From: Planctomycetota bacterium | Lineage (GTDB): Bacteria > Planctomycetota > UBA1135 > GCA-002748355 | Length of the DNA: 64,000 nt | NCBI GenBank assembly: GCA_027021385.1 | Contig: JALUUL010000049.1 | Location: 17,646 to 81,645 of the forward strand | Direction: 5' to 3' | In this document: positions 1-9,519 of the stretch, in pieces | Layout of the letters: every line of letters begins with the position of its first letter | Position numbering within the stretch: the first letter of the stretch is position 1 | Translations under genes and position numbers: made by a program | Notes under the pieces: model-generated | Seen by the model: only the letters and a program-made list of their open reading frames with translations | Database searches by the model: none | Told to the model about the DNA's origin: nothing

Positions 1-377
1 GCCGCGAGATCGCGCCGGGCGCGTCCGTCCCGACTCGGGGAGAGGTCGCGGGCCTGCATCGAACGGCTGACGTCGAAGCAGACGACGAGGTCGCTCCCGC
101 GGTGACGGACCGGAAGGAGTCGCTGCCCGTAGGTGGGCTCGAGTAGGGCGAGACCCAGGGAGAGGAGGCCCATGCCGATCGCGAGGTTCCGCCAGCCGGC
201 GCGGGCCCCTCCACGGGGCCAGAGTTCCCGTAGAGCCTCCCCGGCCGCGAAGGCCCGGAGTTCGCGGCGCAGCCTGCGGCCCCCGAGGAGCAGGAGAAGG
301 CCGAGCAAAGGAAGGACGAGCAGCCAGGGCCAGCGTTCCGGATGCAGGAATCCGAAGGAGTCCGCGGGGGGGCTCAT
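1..377 (-). CDS. VWA domain protein (BatB-like), C-terminal part cut by window edge
   Basis: Manual reverse translation from the ATG at 377..375 gives MSPPADSFGFLHPERWPWLLVLPLLGLLLLL (TM segment), then DLVVCFDVSRSM, the DxSxS MIDAS motif of von Willebrand A domains. There is an ATGA start/stop overlap with the upstream VWA gene. The frame stays open to base 1. It is absent from the ORF track because there is no stop in the window. Confidence 0.6.
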   Translation of the reverse strand, partial: MSPPADSFGFLHPERWPWLLVLPLLGLLLLLGGRRLRRELRAFAAGEALRELWPRGGARAGWRNLAIGMGLLSLGLALLEPTYGQRLLPVRHRGSDLVVCFDVSRSMQARDLSPSRDGRARRDLA

Positions 378-1348
378 GGACGCCCTCCCGGCCAGAAACC
401 GGCCCCGAGCCAGGCGATGCAGAACGAGAGCAGGGCGCCCAGCGCAAGCGGGAAGAAGCGGTCCTCCGCGTCGTAGACCGGTTCCTCGATCTCGCGCCGT
501 TCCATCTCGTCGATCCTGGCGAAGATCTTCGCAAGCGCCTCCCTGTCCTTCGCCCGGAAGAACAGCCCCCCGGTCTTCCTCGCGAGGGCCTCGATCCGCG
601 AGAAGTCCAGTTCCTGGAGGCCGAAGAGGGGTTGGAAGACTCCGCGGCCCGCGCCGATCGCGTGGACCCTCACCCCTTCGTCCGCCGCGAGGGCCGCCGC
701 CTTCTCCGGAGACACGTATTCGACGTTCTCGAGACCGTCGGTCAGCAGGATCACGACCCGCGACTCGGCCCCGCTCTTTCCGAGATGCTCGACGCAAAGG
801 GAAAGGCCGGCCCCGATTCCGGTGCGGTCCTCCGGACTTCCGGGCTTCTTCGTCCGCAGCCCGTCGAGGAAGCGGAGGAGGGCGGGATGGTCGAGGGTCG
901 GGGGACAGACGAGATCCGGATAGAGGGCGAAACCGACGAGGCCGATGCGGTCGTTCGGACGCCCTTCGATGAACCGCTTTGCGACCTCCTGCACGACCTG
1001 GAGCCGCGTCTTCCCCTTCCCCTTCTCCATGTCCCGCTCGTTCATCGACGAGGAGAGATCGAGGCAGAGGAAGATGTCGATGCCCTCGCTCCGGAGCGGC
1101 AGGCGGCCTCGTTGCTGCGGGCGGGCGAGAGCGAGCGCGAGCAGGGCGAGCCCGAGGGCCTGGAAATGGAGCGGCAGGGAGACGAGGCGGGCCCGCAGGC
1201 TCCGGGGCAGGTCCCGCGCCTGCGCGGGATCGGGATAGGCGAGCCCGCCGCCGCGGCGCCGGAGACGCCGGATCCAGAGGAGAACCGGCGGCAGGAGGAG
1301 GAGCGCGAACCAGGGTTCGGCCCAGTGGTTTCCGAGGAACTCAGGCAT
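374..1348 (-). CDS. VWA domain protein, BatA-like (aerotolerance-operon type)
   Basis: 324-aa ORF. Two N-terminal TM segments are followed by a VWA MIDAS motif (IFLCLDLSSSM) and then VVILLTDGLEN. A C-terminal TM segment is present. It sits downstream of MoxR/DUF58 as in Bat operons. Confidence 0.8.
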   Translation of the reverse strand: MPEFLGNHWAEPWFALLLLPPVLLWIRRLRRRGGGLAYPDPAQARDLPRSLRARLVSLPLHFQALGLALLALALARPQQRGRLPLRSEGIDIFLCLDLSSSMNERDMEKGKGKTRLQVVQEVAKRFIEGRPNDRIGLVGFALYPDLVCPPTLDHPALLRFLDGLRTKKPGSPEDRTGIGAGLSLCVEHLGKSGAESRVVILLTDGLENVEYVSPEKAAALAADEGVRVHAIGAGRGVFQPLFGLQELDFSRIEALARKTGGLFFRAKDREALAKIFARIDEMERREIEEPVYDAEDRFFPLALGALLSFCIAWLGAGFWPGGRP

Positions 1349-2327
1349 CGCCGTCCTCCCGGAGGCGGTCTTCCTGGGACCGGACGGCCTCGATCGCGAC
1401 CTCGAGGAGATGGCGGCAGGTCTCCATGTCCGCGTCGAGGCCCGCGAACTTCACGAGGTCGCAGGTGCGCAGGAACTCCGTGAGCGCGGGGACTCGGGCG
1501 AGGAGCCCGACCTCCTTCTCGATCCGCAGGTCCTCGAGGAGTTCCTCGGTCGTGTGGGCCTTCGAACGGAACCCAAGGGCTTCGTCGAAGAAGTCCCGGA
1601 GCGCTCCAGTGACTCCGACGACGAGGGCGTTCGCGTCGACGCGCCCGCGCTCCAGACCCTCGCGGAGTTCGCGCAGGCGGCGGAGGGCCTTGCGCAGCGG
1701 GGGCTCGGGGGGAGGAGGCGGGGAGGCCGAGGGCTCCCGGATGCGCCGCCGCAGGAGGAGCAGGAGGATTCCAAGCGCCAGGAGTCCACCGAGGACCACG
1801 TAGATCCAAAACCTCGAGGGCGGCGGGTCCGCGATCAGGCTCTTCGGGATCTCGGGCTCGCGGTCGGCCCCACTCGGGAGGGCGCCGCGGACCTCGAAGG
1901 ACCGAGGCGGGATCCGGAGTTCGAGGATGTCCTCCGGGGTCCCGGGGCTCCGGCGGGCCTTCCGCGGCGCGGCATCGAGCTTCCGGTCCCCGGTCCGGAA
2001 CCACTGCAGGAGGAAGGACCGCGTCAGGTGCAGGAAGTCCTTCCGCCGTTCCAGACGCCAGCGGTCGAGGGGCCGGATGCGCCCCCCGTCGCAGGTCCAA
2101 TCCAGGCGGCCGCGTGTCCAATCGCTCGGATCGCTCTCCCTCGGAAGAGCCAGGTGCAGCCTGAGCGTCAGGGCCTCGCCGAGTTCGCATTTCGAGGGGC
2201 CGGGATCCCAACGCGCGGCGGGAAGGCCCGCAGGCGCCTCCCCGGGCCATTGGGGGACCGACGGCCCGCAGGCGGAGGGCAGGGCGAGCGCGAGGAGGGC
2301 GAGGAGGATCATTCCTTTTCTCTTCAT
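1341..2327 (-). CDS. DUF4381-like membrane protein with an extra N-terminal lipoprotein-type domain
   Basis: I chose the internal ATG (MKRKGMILLALLALALPSACG, signal peptide plus lipobox) because it makes an ATGA overlap with the DUF58 stop at 2324..2327. There is a central TM segment (FWIYVVLGGLLALGILLLLL). The C-terminal helical region (TTEELLEDL...CDLVKFAG) looks like DUF4381 as found between DUF58 and BatA. Confidence 0.6.
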   Translation of the reverse strand: MKRKGMILLALLALALPSACGPSVPQWPGEAPAGLPAARWDPGPSKCELGEALTLRLHLALPRESDPSDWTRGRLDWTCDGGRIRPLDRWRLERRKDFLHLTRSFLLQWFRTGDRKLDAAPRKARRSPGTPEDILELRIPPRSFEVRGALPSGADREPEIPKSLIADPPPSRFWIYVVLGGLLALGILLLLLRRRIREPSASPPPPPEPPLRKALRRLRELREGLERGRVDANALVVGVTGALRDFFDEALGFRSKAHTTEELLEDLRIEKEVGLLARVPALTEFLRTCDLVKFAGLDADMETCRHLLEVAIEAVRSQEDRLREDGDA

Positions 2328-3307
2328 CGACGTCCCTCCCTCCGCTCGAAGAACGCGAGGATGTCCTGGGCGACCGAACGGTCTGTCCGGAGCGGCAACA
2401 GGTCGGCGCCCACGCGGCGGGCCTCCAGGAAGAAGGCCTCCCTCCGCTCCTTGAACCGGCGGTTCCAAACCTCCCGCACCCGCCTCGAGGAGAAATCGAC
2501 CCAACCCCCTTCTCCGCCCCCGTAACCTTTAAGCGCCAGGAGCCCCGCCCTCGGAGCCTCTTCCTGTACCGGATCGTGGACCGGGACAAGGATCAGGTCG
2601 TGCTTGCGCGCCGCGAGGCGGCACTCGTGCACGGGAAGGGGCCGGGAAAAATCGGAGATCGCGAAGAGGATCGAACGCCGGCGCTGTACCCGGGTCAGGA
2701 AGCGCAGGGCCTCGGCGAAGTCTCCACGGGACCTCTCGTCGCTCGGCCCGCGGCCCGGTTCGGCCAGACATTCCCGGAGGATGCGGAGCAGGTGGGGGCG
2801 CCCCTTCTTCGGGGGGATGTAGGGATCGCGCCCGCTCCCGAAGCCCAGGAAGCCGACCTTGTCGGCGTTGCGCTGGGCCGACAGGCCCAGGCAGGCGCAG
2901 AGTTCGGCGGCGGTTCTGCGCAGCGTGCGGACCTTCCCGTTCGCGGCGCGCGTGCCGAAGGACATCGCCGGAGAACGGTCGAGGAGGAAGCAGAGCGTCC
3001 TTTCGCGTTCCTCGACGTATTTCTTCACGTAAGGGCGGCCCACCCGTGCGGTCACGTTCCAGTCGACCGAACGGATGTCGTCGCCCTCGACCCATTCGCG
3101 GACCTCGTCGAACTCGATCCCCGATCCGCGGAAGACCGAATGCCAGCCGCCGACCATGAAGTCCTCGACGAGGCGGTCGCTGCGGATCTGCAGCCTCCGG
3201 ACCTCCTTCAGGAGTTCGGGGTCGACTCCATGGCTCGGGGGGTGTTCGATCTCGACCAAGGCTCCTTCGCTCCTCTGGCGTGGCGGAGGCGGAAGGCCGC
3301 TCCTCAA
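2324..3307 (-). CDS. DUF58 domain protein (MoxR-associated, VWA-like)
   Basis: 327 aa. Carries the typical DUF58 stretch GIEFDEVREWVEGDDIRSVDWNVTARVGRPYVKKYVEERE. It has a 4-nt overlap with the moxR stop. Confidence 0.85.
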   Translation of the reverse strand: MRSGLPPPPRQRSEGALVEIEHPPSHGVDPELLKEVRRLQIRSDRLVEDFMVGGWHSVFRGSGIEFDEVREWVEGDDIRSVDWNVTARVGRPYVKKYVEERERTLCFLLDRSPAMSFGTRAANGKVRTLRRTAAELCACLGLSAQRNADKVGFLGFGSGRDPYIPPKKGRPHLLRILRECLAEPGRGPSDERSRGDFAEALRFLTRVQRRRSILFAISDFSRPLPVHECRLAARKHDLILVPVHDPVQEEAPRAGLLALKGYGGGEGGWVDFSSRRVREVWNRRFKERREAFFLEARRVGADLLPLRTDRSVAQDILAFFERREGRR

Positions 3308-4296
3308 GGCACGGGCACGTGATCGAGGATTTTCACGAGGATGTCCTCGGCGTCGATCTCCTCGGCCTCGGCCTCGAAGGTCACGTGGATCCTATGGCGC
3401 AGCACGAGCGGGGCGCTTCGCTTGACGTCCTGCGGCGTGACGTAGCCTCTTCCCTCGAGGAAGGCCTCGGCCCGAGCGCATCGGACCAGACCGATCGAGG
3501 CCCGGGGCGAGGCTCCGTAGAGGATCAGGGGTTTCAGCTCGGGAAGCCCGGCCTCCTCGGGCTCCCGCGTCGCGAAGACCAGATCGACCGCGTATCCGAG
3601 CACCTTCTCGTCCACGTAGATCTGCGCGAGCGCGCGTCGCCCGCGCAGGATCCGCTCGGGCGTGCAGACCTCGGGAACCTCCGGTGTCCCCTCCTTCAGG
3701 GCCATGCGCCGGACGATCTCGAGTTCCTCGTCCCGGGTCGGAGTCTCGACGACGGCCTTCAGCAGGAAGCGATCGACCTGAGCCTCGGGCAGGGGATAGG
3801 TCCCCTCCTGCTCGATCGGATTCTGGGTCGCGAGCACGAGGAAGGGCTCGGGAAGGGGCCGCGTCTCCCCGGCGAGGGTCACCTGCCGCTCCTGCATGGC
3901 CTCGAGCAGGGCCGCCTGGACCTTCGCGGGCGCGCGGTTGATCTCGTCCGCCAGGACGAGGTTCGCGAAGAGCGGTCCCTCCTTGACGTCCCAATCCCCG
4001 GTCTTCGGGTTGTAGACCTGCGTACCCGTCAGGTCCGCCGGAAGGAGATCGGGAGTGAACTGCAACCTGCGGAAGGACCCGCCGAGCGCCTTCCCGAGGG
4101 CCGAGATCGTCAGGGTCTTGGCGAGTCCCGGCAGGCCCTCGAGCAGCACGTGGCCGTCGGCCAGGAGGCCGAGCAGGAGGGCGCGGCACATGTCGTCCTG
4201 GCCCACGAGCACGCGGCCCAGGGCTTCGCGGATGTCTCGGAGGAAGGCGCTTTCCTCCTGGATGCGGTCGGCGAGAGCGAGGGGATCCTGATTCAC
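3304..4296 (-). CDS. moxR: MoxR-family AAA+ ATPase
   Basis: 330 aa. Walker A-like LLEGLPGLAKT, Walker B LVLADEINRAPAKVQAALLEAMQERQVT, and FLVLATQNPIEQEGTYPLPEAQVDRF. This is the canonical MoxR signature. Confidence 0.9.
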   Translation of the reverse strand: MNQDPLALADRIQEESAFLRDIREALGRVLVGQDDMCRALLLGLLADGHVLLEGLPGLAKTLTISALGKALGGSFRRLQFTPDLLPADLTGTQVYNPKTGDWDVKEGPLFANLVLADEINRAPAKVQAALLEAMQERQVTLAGETRPLPEPFLVLATQNPIEQEGTYPLPEAQVDRFLLKAVVETPTRDEELEIVRRMALKEGTPEVPEVCTPERILRGRRALAQIYVDEKVLGYAVDLVFATREPEEAGLPELKPLILYGASPRASIGLVRCARAEAFLEGRGYVTPQDVKRSAPLVLRHRIHVTFEAEAEEIDAEDILVKILDHVPVP

Positions 4297-4413
4297 GTTC
4301 GCATGCCTCCTGGCGGATTCGCCCTGTAACGAAACAGGATCCGGCGTCCTCCCGCCAGCCTCGAGCCCCGAGGGCTTGCAAATCCGGGTTCATCCCCCAG
4401 GGTATCCCCCTCG

Positions 4414-5520
4414 ATGTCCCGTTCCGACCGCGCCTACGTCTTCCTCGCCGGCCTCTTCATCGCCGCGCTCGTGGCTTGCAATCTCCTGGTCTACAAGTTC
4501 TTCTCCTTCGAGATCCCGAGCGGCGTCCCCCTTCTGGGCGGCCTCTCCTTCTTCGGTCTCTCGGTCGGCATCCTCCCCTACCCCCTGACCTTCCTCGTCA
4601 CCGACCTCCTGTCCGAGATCTGGGGGAAACGCCGCGCGAACTGGGTCGTCGTCGCCGGTTTCTTCGTCTCCCTCTTCGTGCTGGGCTTCGTCGAACTCGG
4701 AGCCTCGGTGAAGGCGATCACGGGGCGGGGCTGGTACGGCCCCGTCCACCCGGCCTCCACGCGGGCCTCCTGGACCCGCCCCCTCGAACTCGGTCTCCAG
4801 GACCCGGACAACCCCGGGTCCGGAGCCCGTTTCCGGCTCGTCCCCGATCCGCCTCTCTCCGGGGTTCCGGTCGGGGACCTCGTCCAGGCGCTGAACGCAG
4901 CCCTTGGGCGCGCCGGCGCGGAGGGGAGGCTCTCCTTCTCCTGGAGCGAGGTCTGGCACAGGGACCTCCTCGGTCGGACCGGAGATCGCAGGCTCCGGCT
5001 CGACGACTACGGACACGGTCCACCCCCGCTCCTGCGTCTGAAGGCCGGTCCCGGACTCGCCCCTCTCCTGCCGAAGGCGCGGAACCTCCCGGCCCGGATC
5101 CTCCCGGCCTCCCCGGTCGGGGACGATCTCTTCCTCCGGGTCTTCGGAGGAACCTTCCGCGCGATCCTCGCGAGCATGGTCGCCTATCTCTGCGCCCAGT
5201 GGTTCGACATCCAGATCTTCCACTTCTGGAAGAGGGTGACGAAGGGGAAGCATCTCTGGTTGCGGAACAACGGATCCACGATCCTCTCCCAGTTCCTCGA
5301 CACGACGCTCGTCGTCACGATCCTCTTTCTCGGGAGCGAGAACGAGGCACGGATTCCCGCGATGATCCTCGCGGGCTGGAAGTTCAAGGCCCTCGTGGCC
5401 CTGGCCGATACACCCTTCTTCTATCTGGGGGTATGGACCTGCCGCCGCCTGGGACTCGCCCCGCCGGGGAAGGAAACGAACGATCACCCTCGCGTCGAGG
5501 AGGGGGAGGGCTCCGGATGA
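4414..5520 (+). CDS. yhhQ: Queuosine-precursor transporter family protein (YhhQ/DUF165-like) with a large internal hydrophilic insertion
   Basis: The N-terminal part (YPLTFLVTDLLSEIWGKRRAN) and C-terminal part (AYLCAQWFDIQIFHFWKR...WLRNNGSTILSQFLDTTLV) match the YhhQ/Vut family. About 140 non-membrane residues lie between them. Confidence 0.65.
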   Translation: MSRSDRAYVFLAGLFIAALVACNLLVYKFFSFEIPSGVPLLGGLSFFGLSVGILPYPLTFLVTDLLSEIWGKRRANWVVVAGFFVSLFVLGFVELGASVKAITGRGWYGPVHPASTRASWTRPLELGLQDPDNPGSGARFRLVPDPPLSGVPVGDLVQALNAALGRAGAEGRLSFSWSEVWHRDLLGRTGDRRLRLDDYGHGPPPLLRLKAGPGLAPLLPKARNLPARILPASPVGDDLFLRVFGGTFRAILASMVAYLCAQWFDIQIFHFWKRVTKGKHLWLRNNGSTILSQFLDTTLVVTILFLGSENEARIPAMILAGWKFKALVALADTPFFYLGVWTCRRLGLAPPGKETNDHPRVEEGEGSG

Positions 5521-6680
5521 GGAACCGCGAAGACCTCGAGACCCGCGAACTCGAAGAACTGGCGCCGGTGGCCGTCAAGGCCGCGAGGAGCAAGGGCCGT
5601 CGCGAAGCCGAACCCCCGGACGGGCTGCGGACCTGCTTCCAGCGGGACCGGGACCGCATCCTGCACAGCACGGCCTTCCGCAGGCTCCAGCGCAAGACCC
5701 AGGTCCTGATGTCGGGAAGCGGGGACCATTTCAGAACCCGCCTCGTCCACAGCCTCGAAGTCTCGCAGATGGCCCGTTCCGCCTCCCTGGCCCTCCGGCT
5801 CAACCCCGACCTGGCCGAGGCCGTGGCCCTAGCCCATGATCTCGGGCACCCCCCCTTCGGCCATGTCGGGGAGGAAAGGCTCCAGGCCCTGATGGAGGGA
5901 CACGGGGGATTCCGCCACAACGGCCAGGTCCTGAGGCTCGTGGACATCCTCGAGACCCGCGGATGCGGGGGCTCCGGCCTGAACCTCTGCTGGGAGACCC
6001 GGATCTGCCTGCTGAAGAAGACCCTTCCCAAGGGCTTTCCCCTCGCCCCGGACCTTCCGCCCCGCGCCGAACCCTATCTCGAGGGCCGGATCGTCGACGC
6101 CTGTGACCGGATCGCCTACCTGTCCCACGACCTGGACGACGCCCTCCGGTCGGGGATCATGCACATGGAGGATTTCCTGGACCTCCCGCTCTGCGCGGAG
6201 GCCCTGGAGGAGGCCGGGAAGACCGGTGCGAGCCGATCCCCCCGCGGGAACGGGACTCCGGAATCGGATCCCGGCCGCAAGCGCATGGTCTCCGCGCTCG
6301 TCAAGCTCCTGCTGCGCGACCTCGTCGTTTCGACCGCGCGCGCTTTTCAGAGCGCCCACCGCCTGCGCGATCCCGAGGAAGCCCGGCGGGAGGGGAAGCG
6401 GCTCGTCGGGCACAGCCGGGAGAGGAGCCTGGGGATCGAAGCCCTCTTCGAGCGTCTGAACCGGGAGTTCTATCGCGCCCCCCGGATCCGGCGCCCGATC
6501 GAGGCCTCCGCCGAAGTATTGAACCGTCTGTACCGACACTTCCGCGACGATCCCCGGACCCTTCCCGAAAGCTTCCGCCGGCGCATCGACGAGGACGGCC
6601 CCGATCGCTGCATCTGTGACTACCTTGCGGGGATGACGGACGACTTCATCGGAAAACTGGCCCAGGAGGTCTTGATCTGA
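5517..6680 (+). CDS. dgt: dGTPase-like HD-domain triphosphohydrolase
   Basis: The start MRNREDLE is chosen at the ATGA overlap with the yhhQ stop. The upstream part of track ORF 4476..6680 is out-of-frame overlap with yhhQ. Motifs: FQRDRDRILHSTAFRRLQRKTQV, RTRLVHSLEVSQMAR, AHDLGHPPFGH. Confidence 0.85.
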   Translation: MRNREDLETRELEELAPVAVKAARSKGRREAEPPDGLRTCFQRDRDRILHSTAFRRLQRKTQVLMSGSGDHFRTRLVHSLEVSQMARSASLALRLNPDLAEAVALAHDLGHPPFGHVGEERLQALMEGHGGFRHNGQVLRLVDILETRGCGGSGLNLCWETRICLLKKTLPKGFPLAPDLPPRAEPYLEGRIVDACDRIAYLSHDLDDALRSGIMHMEDFLDLPLCAEALEEAGKTGASRSPRGNGTPESDPGRKRMVSALVKLLLRDLVVSTARAFQSAHRLRDPEEARREGKRLVGHSRERSLGIEALFERLNREFYRAPRIRRPIEASAEVLNRLYRHFRDDPRTLPESFRRRIDEDGPDRCICDYLAGMTDDFIGKLAQEVLI

Positions 6681-6962
6681 GACCTTTTCAGGGATTGAGG
6701 AAATCCTCGCCTCCTCCCCTTGCAGGAAATCCGGGGATCCGGCATCCTCCCGAAACGTCCGGAAAACTTTCCGGCTCCGGCGATTACCGTCCCCGAGTCC
6801 GCTCCTTTCCTGCTCTCTACCCGATTTTGCTCCGGTTCTGACAACTGGGGCGAGGAGCGGGAAAAAAACTGGTCCGAACATGCCCTGAATGTCGATCAGA
6901 GGCGGGGTGCCTCTCCCTCGGATCGGCGGGCGCTCTCTCTTCCAGAGTCCTTCCACGTCACG

Positions 6963-8081
6963 ATGCTGCCTGAGTTCCTCTTTCCGCAGACGATGCTGAC
7001 CGGCGCCGCCCCCCTGCCTCCGACGCTCGAGAACCGGCTCCAGGATACGGCCCGGATCCTCGCCGAGGATGTACCCGGCTTCGTCTCCCTGTATCTCGTC
7101 CAACCGGATCCCCCCGAAACCCATTTCTTACCGCGGTGCGGGCTGGTCCTGATCGCCCGCAAGGCCCTCCGGCTGTCCACGCGATTCGCGCTGCGCGCCG
7201 CCCTCGCCCGCCATCTCGACGGACCTCAGGTCGAACTTCTCGATCTCGCGGTGGAGGATCTTCCCGCCGTCCTCGAGCAACACCGTGCGGGTTTCGATCT
7301 GGTCCAGGGCGGCAAACTTCTCGCAGGGATCGAGGTCCGTGAGGACCTGCCGAAGGGCTTGTGCGTCGGCCCCGCTCTCCGGGCGGCTGAGAAGAACCTC
7401 AGCGGAGCCTGGGAGGTCCTCCTCCGCTCCTATCCGGAACCCCAGCTCCTCGTCCGGGAGGACCTCCTCCCCCCCCCCGCGGTCGAGAGCACGCTGCGCC
7501 TCGCCCTCAAGGACGTCGCCCGCAGGCTGGCCGACTCCCTCCTTCTCGCTTCGGGCGACTACTCGGTCGACGGGAAGAAGCGCAAGGAGATCCTGGCCGC
7601 GAAAAGGATCGAAGACCCTCTCGAGCGGAAGCTCGTCGATTGGGCGATGGAACCCGATCTCTCGACCCCCCCTCCCCTTCAGGGAAAGATCCTTCCACTC
7701 TGGAAGGAACTGCGCCGGTGCCTCCTCGGCAACCTGCGCCGATTCGTCGAGGATCGTACACGCCGCAAGGCCCGCAAGCCGAGGGTCCTCCGGGATCGGA
7801 CGCACCCGACCCCTAAGAGCAAGACCGCCCGCCTCCTCCAGGCCTTCCGCGGCAGGATGCCGGACTGGGAGGAGGAATACCGCAACCTCCTACTCGGCCT
7901 GATCCTCGCGAAGGGGGACGACAAGGTGGACCGGATCCTGTGCCGGGACGCCTGGCAGACCCTCTCCAACCTCGGAGGACCGATCCTCGCGCATCCGGAA
8001 TGGCTCCACCTCCGGCGGGAGGCGCTGCTGCTCCGTCCGGTCGACCTCCCGATCCCCGAACCGGCTATCGCCGAGGCCTGA
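6963..8081 (+). CDS. Hypothetical protein
   Basis: Third-position GC bias supports this frame. The start is set at MLPEFLF, after a roughly 280-nt lower-GC gap, and is uncertain. No motif recognised. Confidence 0.5.
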   Translation: MLPEFLFPQTMLTGAAPLPPTLENRLQDTARILAEDVPGFVSLYLVQPDPPETHFLPRCGLVLIARKALRLSTRFALRAALARHLDGPQVELLDLAVEDLPAVLEQHRAGFDLVQGGKLLAGIEVREDLPKGLCVGPALRAAEKNLSGAWEVLLRSYPEPQLLVREDLLPPPAVESTLRLALKDVARRLADSLLLASGDYSVDGKKRKEILAAKRIEDPLERKLVDWAMEPDLSTPPPLQGKILPLWKELRRCLLGNLRRFVEDRTRRKARKPRVLRDRTHPTPKSKTARLLQAFRGRMPDWEEEYRNLLLGLILAKGDDKVDRILCRDAWQTLSNLGGPILAHPEWLHLRREALLLRPVDLPIPEPAIAEA

Positions 8082-8084
8082 CCC

Positions 8085-9449
8085 TCAGAGAGGGGAAGCG
8101 GGCTCTTCGGCCGCCGCGGCCATGCGCTGGTGGATCTCGTCGATGACCCGGCGCACATAGGCCCGCTTCTCCCGGTAGGGGCCGGGCCAGAAGCTTCGCT
8201 TGAACCCATAGAGGAGGAGATGTTCGAGTTCGCCGGCGCGGATTTCGAAGGTCTTGACCGCCTTCCAGACCTCGTCCGTGACCGTCGTGTTCGAGACGAG
8301 GCGGTTGTCGGTGCAGATCGTCGTCGAGAGCCGCGCCCTGCGCATCTTCCGGAACGGGTGCTTCGAGAGATCCTCCCGGAACTCCGGAAGGGTCTGCTGG
8401 TTCGAGGTTAGACAGACCTCGAGGGTGATGCGCCGCTCGGCGACGTAGCGGACGAGCTTGTCTACATAGGCCCTGCGGTCCTCGATCGAGCGATCCTGGA
8501 TCCTCCGCTGGGAGAAGAGCCAGGTGCCGTGCCCGATGCGATCAGCGTGACAGACCGTGATGGCCTTGAAGATGGATTCCGGTCCGTAGTCCTCCCCCGC
8601 ATGGACCGTCTTTCCGAGGAAGTGGTCGTGCACGCACTGGTAGGCCTCGCGATGCGCGTCCGCGGGGAATCCCCTCTCCTGTCCGGCGAGATCGAAGCCC
8701 ACGACCGGCAGCCCCTCCTCCGCCGCCGCGACCGCCACCCGGGCGAGTTCGAGCGAGGCGAGGGAGGCGATACGTTCCTGCCCGGCCGTGGGCATCGCCT
8801 GATAATACGCCTCGTAATGCGGGCTGAAGTGCCGGTTGAAGAATCTCATCGCGCAGACGATGACCCCGGCCCGGAAGGGAAGCACCTTGCCGTCGCGCAC
8901 ATCGGCCCGCTGGTTGAAACGTTTCTCGGCCCTCGAGAGCCCCCTGCAGACCGCCTTGACGACATCTTGGAGGGAGAATCCCTCCGAGACATGGAGCTGC
9001 GGCGCGAACCGAAGCTCGAGGTAGTGGACGTTCTCAGCCCGGGAATCCTCGGCCAGCTCGAAGGCCGCCCGTTCGAGGGCCTCCGCGTCGCGGAGGCAGG
9101 CGACCGTGTATTCGAAACCCTTCAGGTACTCGGGAAGGTTGCGGTAGGCCCTCTTGAACACGAGCTTGCGCAGTCCCTCCGGGCTCCGCGAGGGAAGCTT
9201 GACCCCCCGCTCTCCGGCGAGTTCGATCAGGGTCTCGAGCCTCAGACTTCCGTCGAGGTGAACGTGGAGATCGGTCTTGGGCAGGGCCGCGATCAGTTCT
9301 CTCGTCAACGGGGCACGAGGTTTCCTCCCGCTCCTACGAACCCTTCCCTTCCCTCGCTTCGTCCTACTCACGGTCCTCGCGCGACCCTCCATCGAAACCC
9401 CATCCCTCCTACTCGGCAGGTCCCCTCCAGGCTCCCCTTCCCGCATCAT
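8085..9449 (-). CDS. add: Adenosine deaminase family protein (long form)
   Basis: Motifs DLHVHLDGS, TVHAGEDYG, ADRIGHG, TICTDNRLVSNT. The start is uncertain: ATG-ATG at 9449/9446, or 9392. The track ORF extends to 9839 through an R-rich, implausible N-terminus. Confidence 0.8.
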   Translation of the reverse strand: MMREGEPGGDLPSRRDGVSMEGRARTVSRTKRGKGRVRRSGRKPRAPLTRELIAALPKTDLHVHLDGSLRLETLIELAGERGVKLPSRSPEGLRKLVFKRAYRNLPEYLKGFEYTVACLRDAEALERAAFELAEDSRAENVHYLELRFAPQLHVSEGFSLQDVVKAVCRGLSRAEKRFNQRADVRDGKVLPFRAGVIVCAMRFFNRHFSPHYEAYYQAMPTAGQERIASLASLELARVAVAAAEEGLPVVGFDLAGQERGFPADAHREAYQCVHDHFLGKTVHAGEDYGPESIFKAITVCHADRIGHGTWLFSQRRIQDRSIEDRRAYVDKLVRYVAERRITLEVCLTSNQQTLPEFREDLSKHPFRKMRRARLSTTICTDNRLVSNTTVTDEVWKAVKTFEIRAGELEHLLLYGFKRSFWPGPYREKRAYVRRVIDEIHQRMAAAAEEPASPL

Positions 9450-9519
9450 GCCGCGCGAATCCAGGAAGAACCCGGGAGGAGTTCTCACTTTTTTCCGCGG
9501 CTCCCGGATAATCCGGGGG

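Noticed and set aside
133-1803. Plus-strand ORFs 133..972, 632..1483 and 979..1803, and minus-strand ORF 1042..2589
   Set aside because: They are antisense or out of frame relative to the BatB/BatA/DUF4381 genes, which carry VWA MIDAS motifs and TM segments. The translations are arginine/proline-rich low complexity.
4297-4413. Possible preQ1 riboswitch upstream of the YhhQ-like transporter
   Set aside because: A small hairpin (CCTGT-aacgaa-ACAGG) is present. However, the A-rich 3' tail and conserved loop nucleotides of preQ1-I, as I remember them, are absent, so nothing supports a call.
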